Positions 11,101-26,100 of a stretch of DNA of 64,000 nt are shown piece by piece (positions within the stretch are counted from its first letter, which is position 1; every line of letters starts with the position of its first letter). The notes beneath the pieces were generated by a model, which was given only the letters and a program-made list of their open reading frames with translations, was not told the origin of the DNA and ran no database searches. The DNA is taken from the NCBI GenBank assembly GCA_963663475.2, contig CAXXJV010000001.1:2304001-2368000 (forward strand), given 5' to 3'. The stretch is from Candidatus Cloacimonadales bacterium. GTDB taxonomy: Bacteria; Cloacimonadota; Cloacimonadia; Cloacimonadales; JAFGVF01. The position numbers and the translations under genes were made by a program.

Positions 11101-14100
11101 AACAAAATCAGGGTGTGAAGAACCGATATTGGTAATTCTCAATATTCCAGTTCCTTGATTGTAAAGAGTATATTCCAATTCTCTGTAATTTCCTACATTG
11201 ACTTGCGAGAAGTCTAAATTATCAGTTGATACCAATATTTCAGCAGTCGCTTCAACACCGTAACCTGTCAAAGCAACATGGTCTTCCCCATTCTCATCAT
11301 TACTAAGAATAGTTACACTTGCAGTCTTTGCACCTTGACTTAAAGGTGTGAAGGATACAGTAACACTTCTAGATGCTTCAGGAGCAAGGGTAAAGGATGG
11401 AGGACTTACTAAGAATTCATTACTTTCAAGGCTAACCGAAGATACTTGTAAAATAGAAGATCCAGTGTTAGAAACAGTAAATGTCTGATTTGCTGAGTTT
11501 CCAATCAAGACTGAAGCAAAGTCAATATCTGTCTCAGAAACTGAAATACTTGGATTACCTGATACATTTAGTTGAACAGGGATTTCTTGACTGCCTTGAG
11601 GGTCATTACTATTCACCAGCAATAAGGCTGAGTAATTTCCTGCATATACATCAGCTGCTGATAGATTTACTGTTACAGTTTGACTAGTTCCTGGATTAAT
11701 GTCTCCGGAAGTTGGAGTCAAACTTAACCAATCATTTGCTTCAACACTCCTACTTCTGCTATTATCATCACTTCTACTCCCTCCATTAATCATTATCTCA
11801 TAGGAAAGTGTTCTATCTCCAGAGTTTGAGATAATTAGCTCTCTATCTTCACTTTGTCCGTACTCTAATGATGAAACAATATTTTCAATAGATAAACCTA
11901 TGATTGGTGGTAGATAACCTTGTCCATTTAGATTAACTGATACTAATCCAATATTGGTTTGAATATCCATTATAGCATCAAATTCAATGTTGTTATCAGG
12001 ACTAAATTCAACATTAATATCGCTTGATGCTCCAGGTGCTAAAGAGCTTATATTTGTATTTGTTGTGAATATTCCAAGCGGTGTGAAAGTAATTGATTCA
12101 ATGGCTAGATCATCGCTTCCTATATTGCTAAGGCTTATACTCTGAATATCTGAATAACCGACTGCAACTTCACCGAAATTAATCTGACTGTCACTAATCT
12201 CATACTCAGGATAACCTTGAACACGCATAGTTACAGGAAGATTAATTAATGAATTCTGTGGTACATTAGATGTTAATCTAACACTTCCACTATAATCACC
12301 ACCATAAATACCTGTAGGATTAAAGGTAATATTGATGTCTTGATAATGGCCAGGTGCAATAGTTCCTGAAGTATTATCAGTAGATAACCAACGACCATCA
12401 TCTACTTGGAAAAGAGGACCAGAAACATCACTTATCCATAGATCTTTGCCATTGCTGGTAAAGGAGTAGATTACATCGTTATCCCAGAATGAATTCTCTT
12501 CTGTAACTACAATTGAGCTATTTACTAATTGTAGTTGAAGAATCTTTCCACCAATAATTACCTCATCTTCAATTGTATTCTGTAAAGCCCATAGTTCATT
12601 GTTATAATAGTCTTCTACCCAAACTAACTGGCTAATATTCATACCTAGGTAAGCACTATATGTCTCGAGAATATCACCATTGTGAGCAACTCGATAAATA
12701 CTTGACACAGGATTATCTCCAAATGCTCGGCTAATTAAGAAACTATCCCCCATATAGGTAAGAGCAGGGAAGTAATCAACAGGTGAGGAGAAGGATGCAA
12801 TAGGAGGATTTGTAGAAGTATTCAAGGTTGTTGGGTCGTAACAATAAACATTACCTGATTGATTACCAATCCAGAAATAGGTACCGTCATAAGTAATTCC
12901 ATAAGGCAAAGTATGAATAGGATAACTTTCGGTAATTTGATAAGTTTCTAAATCGTACTTAAGCAATCTTCCTGTAGCTTGAACTTCATTATCACGGTTA
13001 AAATCAACAATATATAGTTCATTATTTAACCAGTATAGTCCAGCATTCCAAGCAGGCATATTTGGATATGTAGCTATCTGATCACCAAGGAATCTATTAG
13101 CTTCACTTGTCACTAAATTTTGATATGGTAAGTCATTTATGACTATATTTCGGCTTTGGTCTGCAAAGAAACCCATTTCTCTTAACTCATAGTCATTAAT
13201 AAAATTCTCTTCACGTGAATTTACTTCATCAAGAGCAAGAGAATAAATTAAATTTGAACCACCGTTGTTAGTCAGCCTAAGAACTTGGCTTTCTTCTTCG
13301 TCTACTGTGAGATTAGCAAGAAGGGAAGCAGGATTGACTTCAAATGTTGGTTCTCCTTCAGCAATACCTGATAATTGAATTATATATTCACTATTAGCTA
13401 TATCATTAGAGTAAATAGTCATTTGAGCTGTTTTCACACCGCTGGATAGTGGAGTAAAACTTATGCTAATACTTTGACTTGTTAAAGGTTCAATACTTAT
13501 CTGGGTTTCTGTTACAGAGAAATCACTACTATTAAACATAATATTGTTTATTTCTAAGTCTGAAGAACCTGCATTTGCTAATTCAATCTCTTCAGTGAGA
13601 GTTTGTCCAATAAAGCATGTAGCAAAATCAAGCTCATTCTCAGATGATACTAACACAGCTTGTCCGATAACATCTAAGATAACATAAATTTCTGAGCTTG
13701 GCGTTTCTGCATCGTTACTATGAATATCTAGAACTGCTTCATATCTGCCTGCCATGAGATTCCTAGCATTATATTCTAAAGTAACAATTTGGTTTTCACC
13801 TTCTACTAATGAACCTGAATCAGGACTTACAGTTAACCAGTTAAACTCATGGATATTGTCTTCTATTCTGTATAATTTCGAATCAGTCTCTGAATCAGGA
13901 GCAATCCATAAATCTCTGCCATTATGGGCTAGGGCATAAGAAGTACCACTAAATTCATTATAGCTAATCTGCTTCAATAAACTTCCATCTGTAGGATTTA
14001 ATTGTCTAATCTTATGAGCAGAATAATCAAGCGCCCAAAGTTCTCCACCTGTGTGGTCAGCAACCCAAACTATCTGATTCATCTTGCCATTAAAATTAGT

Positions 14101-17100
14101 ATCTATAGTACTAATAACGCTACCATCAGTATCTAAAGTATAGATTTGAGGATTATTAACTGAAGAAGGAGAGATAATAAAGTTTTCTCCATTCCATGTC
14201 ATTGCATAATTACCTGTAAGAATACTGTTAAATTGATCTACCTGATTACCAGCTAAGTCATAAGCATAGAAGGTACTTGAAGATGAGCCTATCCATAAAT
14301 ATGTTCCGTCATAAGTAATCCCGAATGGTGAAGAGTGAATAGGATATTGAGCTATTACGCTTTCATTGCTAATGTCATATTTATATAACTTATTTTGGCT
14401 ATAAGAAATAATATACAAGTATCCATCTACCCAAACCATACCTTTATTACTGTTAGGAAGATTATCAAAGACACCAGATACTACATCACGATCTAAGACT
14501 TCTATAAGCTCAATATCAAAGTTAAGTTCTTCTCCTTGAATATTGCTTATAGTTAACTCTTGATTTGTTACCTGACCACTGTTAACAGTAGCTGAGAAGG
14601 AAGATGTGGATAAGGCGATTTGAGGAGTATAAACCCCATTACCAGTTATCTCAAGACTTCTCACTGCATTACCTGGTAAGTTAGTAGTAAAGGTAAATTG
14701 ACCTGAATAAACCCTTTCTGCTTCTGGAGTGAAATTAATAATGATTCTTTGGCTTTCATTTGCTTGAATACTTAACTGAGTAACTTCAGTAGTGAAGACA
14801 TCCTCTGATATGTTAAAATTACTAAGATTTAGAACATCACTTCCTGTATTGGTAATTAAGACAGATAGGGTATCAGAGTAACCTATATAGCTATTAGCAA
14901 AGTCAAGAGTCTCAGGAGTGATTACTATATTAGGAATACCTGTAACATTTACAGTTAGTGGGATTTCTATAATACTCTCATCAGGGTCATTAGAAGTCAT
15001 TTCTATTACTTGGTTATAAGTTCCTCCAATAATATCAGAAGCATCTAAATTAATATTGAGAGAAGTTAGGTTTCCTGGTCCAAGTTGACCTGAAGTGTTA
15101 GAGAATGAAATCCAGCTGGGAATGGTAGAGACATTACTTTCTGAAATCCCAGCATTACCATAAATAACACCAGTTGTTTGATAAGAAGAACCATCACGAA
15201 GGTCTTCTTGATCGAAGTTCCAGTAACCACCTAAATTCTGTTCATTACCTAATAATCTAACATTTCGGTAGTTAGCAATTTCAGTATGACTTCTAGCAGA
15301 TTCCCAAATTCTGAATTCATCAATGCCTCCATCAAAGCGATACCAGTTAGAACCAGTTTCACTCATCTTTCCCAATATCCAGGGGGCATAATTACCAGTG
15401 AAATTAACTACTTCTTCTTGAGTAATCTGATTGCCATCTAGATAAACGGTCATGATATTATCATTGTAAGTTACTGCTACATGATACCATTGATGAAGTT
15501 CAATATTATTAGCTACTAAGAATTCTCTATTGCTTCCATTGTTAAGAGCAACTTTAAGATTCTTATCACTTTCTTGATTATCTATTCCATCAGTATAAAT
15601 ACCAAATGAACCAGTCTGTGAAGATACAGATTTACTAACTATGCATTGCTTACCACCATTATAGATAGAACCATTAGAACTTTGACCAAGGTTAGAATCA
15701 ACTTTAAACCATAGTTCAACACTAAAGCTTCCTCCGTAGAGTTGAATAGGAGCTCTATTTCTTATATATCCATAATCAACGCTTGGAGAGTTAAATCCAT
15801 CTACTTCAAACATCATTCCAAAGTTATCTTTGATGTTCCAGGTTAATTCATTTCCTCCAGTATTACTTATCTCCAGATTTTCACTAATATTCTCACCTAC
15901 ACTCATAGCAATTTCGATGTCATTAGGAGCATAAGTTACTTGAGGAGCAATTGAACCCTGTCCAGAAACACTGATTACGAAGTTTGGTTGGTTATCAGCA
16001 TTACTGATAATTGTGATATTACCTGAGTATTGTTGAACAGCAAAAGGTTCAAACGTTACATTAACAAGAAGCTCTTCATTCGTATTTATAATAGCTCCTG
16101 CCAGATTATCATCCACAATAAAGTATTGATTATCAGAAATGATATTAGTAATTTCCAGTGGAGCAGGTCCTACATTTCTAATAGTAACTTCTTGGCTTTC
16201 TGGTACAATAGTATAGACATTACCAAAATCAAGAGAAGTATGAGAAACTTCAATATATGGAACATTCTCTATACCAATACCAGTTAAAGCTATAAGGAAA
16301 GCTGGAGTATTTGAAGCATTACTTATAATAGTCAAATTACCTTCCACTTGCCCTAGAGAGCTTGGAGTAAAAGAAATTATTATATTCTGCGATTCATTAT
16401 ATCCTATAGTTGTAGAAGTAATATTTGAAATAAAGTTTGCATGATCACTTGAAATTTCTGAAATAACTAAATCAGCATGCCCAGTATTAGTTATTGTTAT
16501 GATTTCTTGGCTTGTTTCATTTTCTAATACTGGTCCGAAATCTATAGTGTTAGTTTCAACAAAAATCTCAGATTCATAGGGTTTTACTTCAAAATTACTG
16601 GTGAATAAAGCTTGCTGAATATTGCTATTATTATCATATACTATTACTTGAAGCTCATAAATACCAGGACTATAATGGTCAGCAATTTCTAATGATTCGC
16701 TAAAAGCATCACTTTGACTTCCAATTATTGTTAAAACACGTGATGTACCTGTTACAATAGTGTCCCAAGGAGAATAGATAGTGGTCTCTACTCTAATCTC
16801 TTGATTCGCAAGATTAGTATCAATCTCTTCAGTAACACCAACATTTGCTCCCGCATAATAAGAAGTTTGATCTAAATCGATATATCTAATAGAAGCATTT
16901 AGACTTGTATTATCATAGCTTAACTGGCCCCAATCTACCTTGATAGAATTTCCGACAAAGTCACTGTCTACTTCTATCTCGACCTTGTTTACTAAACTAC
17001 CATCTAAATAACTGGGTTGAACTTCAAATAAAGTTGTTGTCCATGTATCACTTAATCCTCTTAATTCACCTAAAATATAATTATTAAGATAAACTCTATG

Positions 17101-20100
17101 AACTCCACCACCTGCATTATCGACATTCCAAGCTCTAAGGCTTAGTTTAACAGTCTCTGGATTAGGATTGTTACTAAAGATGTTAAATTCTATTGGTGCA
17201 TTAGCACTGTTATAACCAACAAGAACATCTAAGTCATTATCACTAACACCTAGACCACTGTTGTCATCATTATCAAAATCTGTAACATTATAGACTTGTC
17301 TGACAAGTTGTAAGTTAACATTTGTTACTGGGCTACCAGGCACATTACTGTTAACAGAAAATGAGCTGTCATAGATACCAGCTACTAAATTAATTGGATT
17401 AACTGTTATGGTAACTACTTGCTCACCAGCTGCTTCTAACTGCCCCATAAACGGATTAAAACTAACCCAGTTATCATCTGATTCAAGGTTATATTCTAGT
17501 GTTGAAGCACCGTTGTTTCTAATAAGAATTGTCTCTGTATCAAGACCACTGCCAAGAACATAGAATTCCAAGTCTTGACCAATTACCTCAATTTCTGGAG
17601 GATTTATTGCTTGGGCAAAAAGAGAAAGAACTAAAGGATTATGAAGATAATCAGTAGAATATATGTTTAAAGAAGCATCATCATTCCCTATGGTTTCTGG
17701 ATTAAAGCTTACTTCTATTGTTCTACTTTGACCAACAGGTATAACAAAATTGTTATAATTAACTGAATAATAATTACCAGTTGAGCTGATATTATTAATT
17801 GTTAATGTTGAAGATCCCGTATTATTGATTACTAAAGGTAATACTTGATTACTGTTAACGAAAACCTGACCAAAATCAAGTGAATTAGTAGAAACAGATA
17901 TTTCAGGTAAACCTAAAACTGTAAAAGTAACAGGTACTTCTATAAATTCCTGATTAGGGTTGTTATGATTAAATAAGATATTGGCATGATAGACACCTGC
18001 ATTTAAATCTGAAGCAGAGAATGTTATGTCAACTACTTGGTTTTCATCGACTTCAATATTACCAGAACTAGTGGCGATATCAAGCCATTCGGCAAGTCCA
18101 CTTTCTTGATAAGTGACAGATTCAAGTCCCCATTCTAAGGAACCTAGACCATTATTCTCAATTGTGAAAGTACTTGGGAAAGTCTCACCAGTTAAAACAG
18201 AAATAGTGAAGTTTTCTGGACTTACACTCATCTCAGGAGTTGGCCAAATATCTACCATAAAACTTAGGCTTATCTGATCAGAATGGTTATTATAAGCAGT
18301 TAATTCAATTTCAGCACTACCAAACATGTCTTCAGTAAAGCTCAAAGTTAAATTCATATCACTTATACTAGTTGTTACCAGCTCTTCGAAAGTATTTAGG
18401 GTTATTTCATAAGAGGTTATCTGACTATCAACATCGTAAAATCTTTCAGCTAGGTTAATCTCAAGGTCGGGACTATTCATAGGTTCATAGACATTATCAA
18501 TTGGATTATTCACAGACATTGGGTCATCTATCGAAGTAACAATTACCTCAATATTATCAGAAGCAATAGCTCGTGTTCTTCCAACATTAACTCTAGAAAT
18601 CCCATCTCCTGCTTGGTCATCTACTGTGAAGTATAAGACCTCGCTACCAAACCAATCAGGCATTGCAGAAAAGGTAACCATAAAACCATCAATCTCAGTA
18701 TAAATATTACTACTTTCTTCACAAGTTAATATAAGTTGATCATCCTCATCAATATCAGTTATATACTCAGAGAAATCTACATCTAAAGTAGTGTCTTCTT
18801 CAAAAGTGAATAATTCTGGAAGATTAATGTTTGGGTTATGATTAATAGCATTAACCCTAATATAATCTTCTTTAGTTTCTGTAACTGAACCGCTATCATT
18901 ACTGATAGTCAAAGAGACAGTATAGCTTCCTGGTTCTTGATAAACATGGTATGGATTTTCTTCAAGAGAAGAAGTTCCATCTCCAAAATCCCATAAGTAG
19001 GAATTACTATTACCAATTGATTGGTTAGTAAAAATCAACTCATCATATTGAGTACATATTGTTTCAGAAGCAATAAAGGCAGGATTTAAATTAATATATG
19101 CAAATATATAGTTGCTTCCATACCAAGAGCCTAAAGATATTAGATAATTATCAATATTATCATGAGCCATATAATTACCAGGTTTATTATGTTCATGACG
19201 TGAAGCATAATAATACCTAGAACTATTATAACTTGGGTCACCATTTCTTTTTACATAAGCTGAACTTCCATGATCTTCTAAACCTAAACTATCATACAAT
19301 ACTAGCAAGTCTTCACCGCGGTTATGATAAGCAACTAAATCGTACCAATCAGCTACCCTATAATCATTTCCAAGCAAGTTGTTGATAATTTCATCCCAAT
19401 TGGAATCATCTTCATAAGCTAATGTTGTTCTAGCAAAGTTATTGTAAAGATAGCTACTATTGAGAACAGTTATATAGTCTTCTTTCACTTCTGTAACACT
19501 ATCATCGCCCTCAAAAATAGTTAAAGAAACACTATAGCTACCTGCTTGTGTGTAGGTATGTAGTGGATTAGACTCGTTTGAAAAATTACCATCTCCGAAA
19601 TCCCAATAATAAGTTACATCACCTTGAGTGGAAAGATTAGTAAATTGGACTTCTTGGCCTGTGATAACTTGCAGATTATCAGTTGAAAAATCAGCTATAA
19701 GTTGATGAACAGTCACATTAACCCTATTGGAAGGATTAGAATCAACAGCTCCATAAACTTGGGTAACATAATATTCATATGATCCATTAGGTAAGTCATA
19801 ATCAACATAAGTCATAGTTTGAGCATCAAGACTAGCAATCAGAGATTCATCACGATAAACTTTATAGCCTGTCAAATCTCTTGTATTAGAGGAGTAGTCG
19901 GTCGAACTAGCAATTGGTCTTGTATAGCTAGCTAGAAGACTTTGCTTTTTACTATTAGCCTTTGATGTTAGCTGATATAGAGGTTGATAGTTTGAAACTA
20001 GTCTATCTTGTCCTGAATAGGAAGCGAAGGCTTTAATATTAAAGTTTACAGTTAATGATGAACTAAGATTATGGAGATAATCCCAATTTGAGCTATCATT

Positions 20101-23100
20101 AAACCTAATCATATTTCCACCTTCAACAAGCGGACCATTATCAGCTCCAGCTGGTAATCCTGATGGAGTATTGACTCTATAGCCAATATATAGTTGGCCA
20201 CTAGTAGGGATAGCTATTGTTGAATCAAGAATATATTCATTCCATTGTTGATTTTCAAAAGAAGTTATATTCTGAGAATAAAGTTCATCCATACCTGATG
20301 GTCCACCCCAAACTTTGAGAGTATAAGTTGCCTCTGCAACTCTTGGGAACATTTTAATAGAAGTTAAGTACATACCTTGATAAGCCAAGAGTTCTTCAGA
20401 TGTATATTTGAGAGCTACTGAGAATTCTGCTGCATTATTAGTTCCTATACCATTATAAGACGTGTCATTACATTTTTGTAACCAGACACCATCTTCTTCT
20501 TGCCAGTTTAGAATAACATCATTGTCGTTATCCTCTACATAAGCACTTAGTCCACTTGGTGAAGATACATAGACAGTCATGTATTCAGTTTTATATTCAA
20601 TATCGCTTGAATCATCATTATAGATAGTTAGCTTAACATCATAAGTACCTGGATAGTAGTAGGTATGGTTAGGATTAGCTTGGCTGGAATAAGAATCATC
20701 GCCAAAATCCCACTCATAAGTGTCAATATCACCGAGGGATAAGTTAGTAAAAGTAACTTCACTATTAGCAGAGATAGTTTGTTGAGATACAGTAAATTGT
20801 GCAACAAATTTATCTTCCCAACTTAAATAAGGATAATGACCTGATGAGAAAGTCCAAATATCTTCGCTTCCATTAGCAGATTCTCCTTGGAAATCCCAGC
20901 CTAAATCAATGAAGTTTGCTTGATCTAGAAATTCAAGACTACTTATACCTGCAAAATTAATTAAGTTACCAGTATTACCACCAGCTCCTAATTCAATATC
21001 ACAAGTTTCATTATTCCAGAGTGAATTACTTATTATAGATCCATTATTGAAACCTATAAAAGCACCTATTGAATTACTTCCGGAGACATTACCTGTGGAA
21101 TAGCAATTGACTATTTGTCCTGACTCTGAAGAAAGACCAACAAATCCTCCCACATAATCATCCAAACTTTGAATATTACCACTAGCATAAGAATCTGAGA
21201 TACTACCATTATTGTCAGCTACCAGACCTCCCCCATAAGAACCAGCACCATTAACGTTTGCTGAAGAATATGATTGAGTAATTGTTGAACCTGCCATATT
21301 CTTAGCCACAAGTCCACCTGTGTAAGAACCAATAGAAGAGATTTGTCCCTGACTATATGATTTAAAGATATGAGAACCATCATTAAAACCAACTAATCCG
21401 CCCACATTTTCTACCCCGTGAACATTACAGGAAACGTAAGAGTTTTCAATTGAGGCTCCACTTTGACTGTAGCCTACAAGACCACCTACAAAGTGGCCAG
21501 AGCAATCAATATTTTCAAGAGCAAAGGAATTAGAAATAGTTGATGAAATATTATAACCAACAAGTCCTCCTACTATATATGAACCATTCAAAATAGCCTC
21601 AGTATAGCAATTATTTATTGTAGATTCATAGTTATTACCTACAAGACCTCCAACCATCGTATTACTAGCCTCAGTACCTGTTATAATACCAGTTACTGAG
21701 CAATTTTCTATAAGTGTATTGGCGTAAGTTCTACCTACTAAACCTCCAACTTTTTCATTTCCATATACTTGAATATCAGAAACAAGCAGGTTAGATATTG
21801 TAGCTCCATATGTATAACCAAAAAGGCCAACATATTCTGCTTGAGGTAAGTTAATGTAGTAGTTGCTTATAGAGTGATTATTACCATTATAGTTACCCCT
21901 GAATAAATTACCCCATTCATAACCAATTGGACTAAAGCCTGAACCTTGAACATATTGACTTGATTCCGCATCGATATCAGCTGTTTGTTCAATATAGATT
22001 CCTTGTCCCCAATATTCATTATTTTTGGTTAATATGTATAAATCATCTATATCATTTATAAGGTATGGTGATTCTTGGCTACCTTGTCCTTGGAGAATTA
22101 GCTCATTAATTTCTACTTGAGCAATATTGGATGGGAATGATTCAATATCCCCATAAACACCAGTCACATAATAATATGATTGAGTATTAAAGATTGGGTT
22201 GTTATCTTGATAGTTTCCCTCAAAGACAGATGCTATCATGTAATAAGTATCATTATCATTATCAGCAGATCTATAAACACTATATGAATCTGGAATAATT
22301 CCTGAACTTGACCCAGTCTCTACTTCTACTCTTAAGGCTACATTAGAACATGAATAAGCATCTAGGGTACTTTGCCATTGCTCATTTGCATATGTGTAAG
22401 AATTAGCAGGACTACTAGTTGTTTCCATTAATAATCCAAAATTTGATGAGTTTTCATAATTGGCAATACCGATAAAAACGTTAGTGTTAGCAGGTATAGT
22501 CCAATTTTGATCAGAAACATCTATATTACACCAATCTGGATGAATCTGATTGATTGTTGTTGCTAAAGAATATAGTTCATTTCCAGGAAGGCCATTATCA
22601 TCAGACCAGACCTTAACATCTATATAATTATTTGTTAATGTCCCATATAAGACAAAGCCAATTGTATTAATTTGCATATTAGAAGAACTTGTATTTTCAG
22701 CTAATATAGCAAAAGTATTTTCACCATTTGCAAAATACTGCCAATTTTCATCTGTCCATTTAATCTCTTCTATACTTGATTCTATAAACTCGTCCCAAGT
22801 TAGATTAATGTTGGGATAATCTACTTGAGCTATTAAGTTTGTTGGAGCAGGATAATCATTAGTAATCTCTATTTCTACAACATTTGAAGCTTGTGATTCC
22901 TCTTCATCATAAACTGCTGTTACGTAATAAGAATATATATTACCCACTTCAATATTTGCATCACGATAAAGAGTATCTGGGATAACAGATTCAGTGATTT
23001 CAATACTATTTCGATAGACTTTATAGCCTTGCAATGCTCTTGTTCTACTTCCAGTAAACTGATATGGAGACCATGTTAAATCTATAAAGTTACCAACTAA

Positions 23101-26100
23101 ATTAGCTTGTAAATTACTTGGAGGATTAGATAAATTTTGAGCATATCCTTCCCATGCTAAATGGGGATAATTATCAGCAACAAATATCCAAATATCCTCT
23201 TCTCCGTTCTCTGTTTCGTCTGCAAAATCCCAGCCTTCATCAAGATAGGTTGAGAGAGTTTGCATAGCTTCAGTTGTTAAACCTGTACCACCAGCACTTG
23301 TTGATTGGTTTGAGATAACTGTGTCCCAGAAAGAGTTGTTCACAGAGCTTGAAGAATTATCTGCTACTAATCCTCCACTTGAACCACTACCACTAACAGA
23401 AATAGCAGCATAGCAATTATTGATAGTTGAGTTATTATATATTCTACCTGCTAAACCTCCATTAATATACGTTCCACTGATAGAGCCTCTAGCATAAGAA
23501 TTGCTTATAGATACTGAGCTACCGATACCAATTAATCCTCCAATATAGATATCATTAGCACTGATATCTACAGAAGTATAGGAATAACTAATATTAGAAG
23601 CATTAGCTGATCCCATTAAGCCTCCTATACCATAAGAACCACTTATATCTCCAGTAACACAAGAATTGCTAAGAATGATTGAGTTAGAATTGCCAATTAA
23701 GCCACCAATATATAGATTTCCTAAGAATTGAATATCAAGTAGTTTTAAATTTGAAATAGAAGCGTTACTTGCATAACCAAACATTCCAATATTATTAGTA
23801 GAAGGTCTATTGATAAAAAGATTACTTATTGAAAAACCTTGGCCATTATATGAACCTGTAAACATATTCTGAGAATCTCTACCAATTGGATTAAATCCTG
23901 CTCCCTCATTCCAATTATAAGTATCTGAAGCATCAATATCTCCAGTTTGCTTAAAACTTCCAGACCATAAAGATGGTATTTCATTCAACACTCTCAAGTC
24001 TGTTAGTGTCTCAATTATATAAGGAGATTCATAATTTCCTTGTCCTGAGAAATTGTAAGCATGCACTTCTTGTGTGTTTGATGCTTGCGATTGATTATAA
24101 CTATATAAAGCGATTACATAATATTCATAGATTTCCCCATGTTGAATATCTAGATCATTGAACAAAGTATCTACAACAACAGTTGGACTGATTTGAATGC
24201 TATTTCTATAGACATAATATCCAAGAGGAATATGACTAGTTTCATTCAATATCAATGGGCTATTCCATGATAATTGAACTGAACCATTATTGGCTATTCC
24301 AATGAGATTTCTTGGTGGTAGATATTCATCTACTGGTTCAGTTGAATCTAATATAATTTCAATATTTGGATAAGCACTTATCAATGTTCCACTTGGTGGG
24401 TTTGCTGGATCTGGATTAGTAGTATCATTTCTGTATTGTATGGATACAGTATTACTGGAACTTGAGTTGAAAAATTCATCTGAAGATGTATGATATCCAT
24501 AAGTATTCTCATCCCAGGCAATTACCAAATTTTCTGTATTATTATAATTAAAGGGGATATCTAAGTCAAAGGAAAGCCATTGATCTTGATTAGTAGTTGT
24601 GATTGTACCATCATAAACTTGGGTTAGTTCTTCTAGTGGTAACCAACTTGTTTGACTTTCAAAACTTGCTAATTGAGTATGTCCCATATAAATATTTAAA
24701 TCTTCAGGTCCCCAAGCTGAATTTCCATTATAATGAATCTTAAGACTTACTATACTTCCTTCATGACTTATTTGGTCAGCTTGATAAATTGTTTGCGAAT
24801 ATGTATAACCAAAGTAAGGTTCAATAGGCAAGCCTGTATTTGTTAATTCTTCATCGCCAATAGTAATACTAACTAGATTTCCTCTTAGTTCTGTTGTGAA
24901 TTGCCTAATATCGCTATCAATTACAAGTCCACTTAGATTATTTACAGCAGATACCCGCCAAAAATAACTTGTAGAGTTTTCTAAATCAGAGCATTCATAA
25001 GAGCTTATCAGTTGATTTTCTATCACCATAGCACTAGAACTCATATCTTCAACATCTTGCAAATTACTGGAACAATAAACATTAACACCTGTGGTATTAT
25101 CTCCTATCTCCCATTCTAAAATCGTATCTACTGAAACATTTGTAGCATGGTCTTCAGGACTAATCAAAGTCACTTGCGAAGGTTCATTTTCTGGTATTTC
25201 AAGAATAGTAAAATCATCAATATATATGCTTTGATATTGAGATAGCATTGAATGTTTAAAAGAGAAATATTTAATTGAGTAGTCTTCCGAAAATGAGTAT
25301 GTATAATTGTGAAATTCTTCACTTACAGAAAGAGTGTCAATAGCAGTGAAAGAGTCTGCATTATTAGGATTATCCATTGTTCCTATAACTACTTCAATTG
25401 GCAGATTATCTTGGCCAATTATTGAAAAACTTACTCTATTTCCTTGGGTAACAAACCTTGGAGATGATAGTATATAATCCCCTGATGTTGTTCCACTGTT
25501 ATGTAATCTAAGTGCTGCTGGAGCAGAATAAGCTCGGCCATAATCTACCTGGCAATAATTATAGCTGTTGCCTGTATTATCTAAGACATACCAACCATTT
25601 GGATGATCACCTTCAGAGTAGCTATCAAAATTTTGAATAAAAGGTATTTGGGCGAATCCATAGTCTGTAGTATATTTAAATATTTGACTTTCCGTGGAAT
25701 TACTACTTGAAGAAAATGCTTGCAACTTCCAATAGTAAGTTGTGTTATATTGATGTTCAAAGAAAAAGGGCGATTGAACATTAGTGAATGTTTCTGCATC
25801 AGTCAGATCTGCAGAAGTTCCAATAGTTAAGTTTATGTAGTCTGTATTAACTCCATTTGTCCATTCTAAGGGATACTCAAGTTCATAATTGATTTCATTA
25901 TTTGCTGGAGAAATAACAAGAGGTAAACTAGGGTATATTTCATCAGATTCTGCTAGGATTAATTGTATATTTGGAAAAGCATACTTTGCTTGTCCTGCAG
26001 GTGGATTTTGAGGATCAGGATTCGTTGAATCACTTTTATAAACTAATGATTGAGTATTTATAGTTGACGTATTATAAAATTCATCATTTGAAGAATGATA

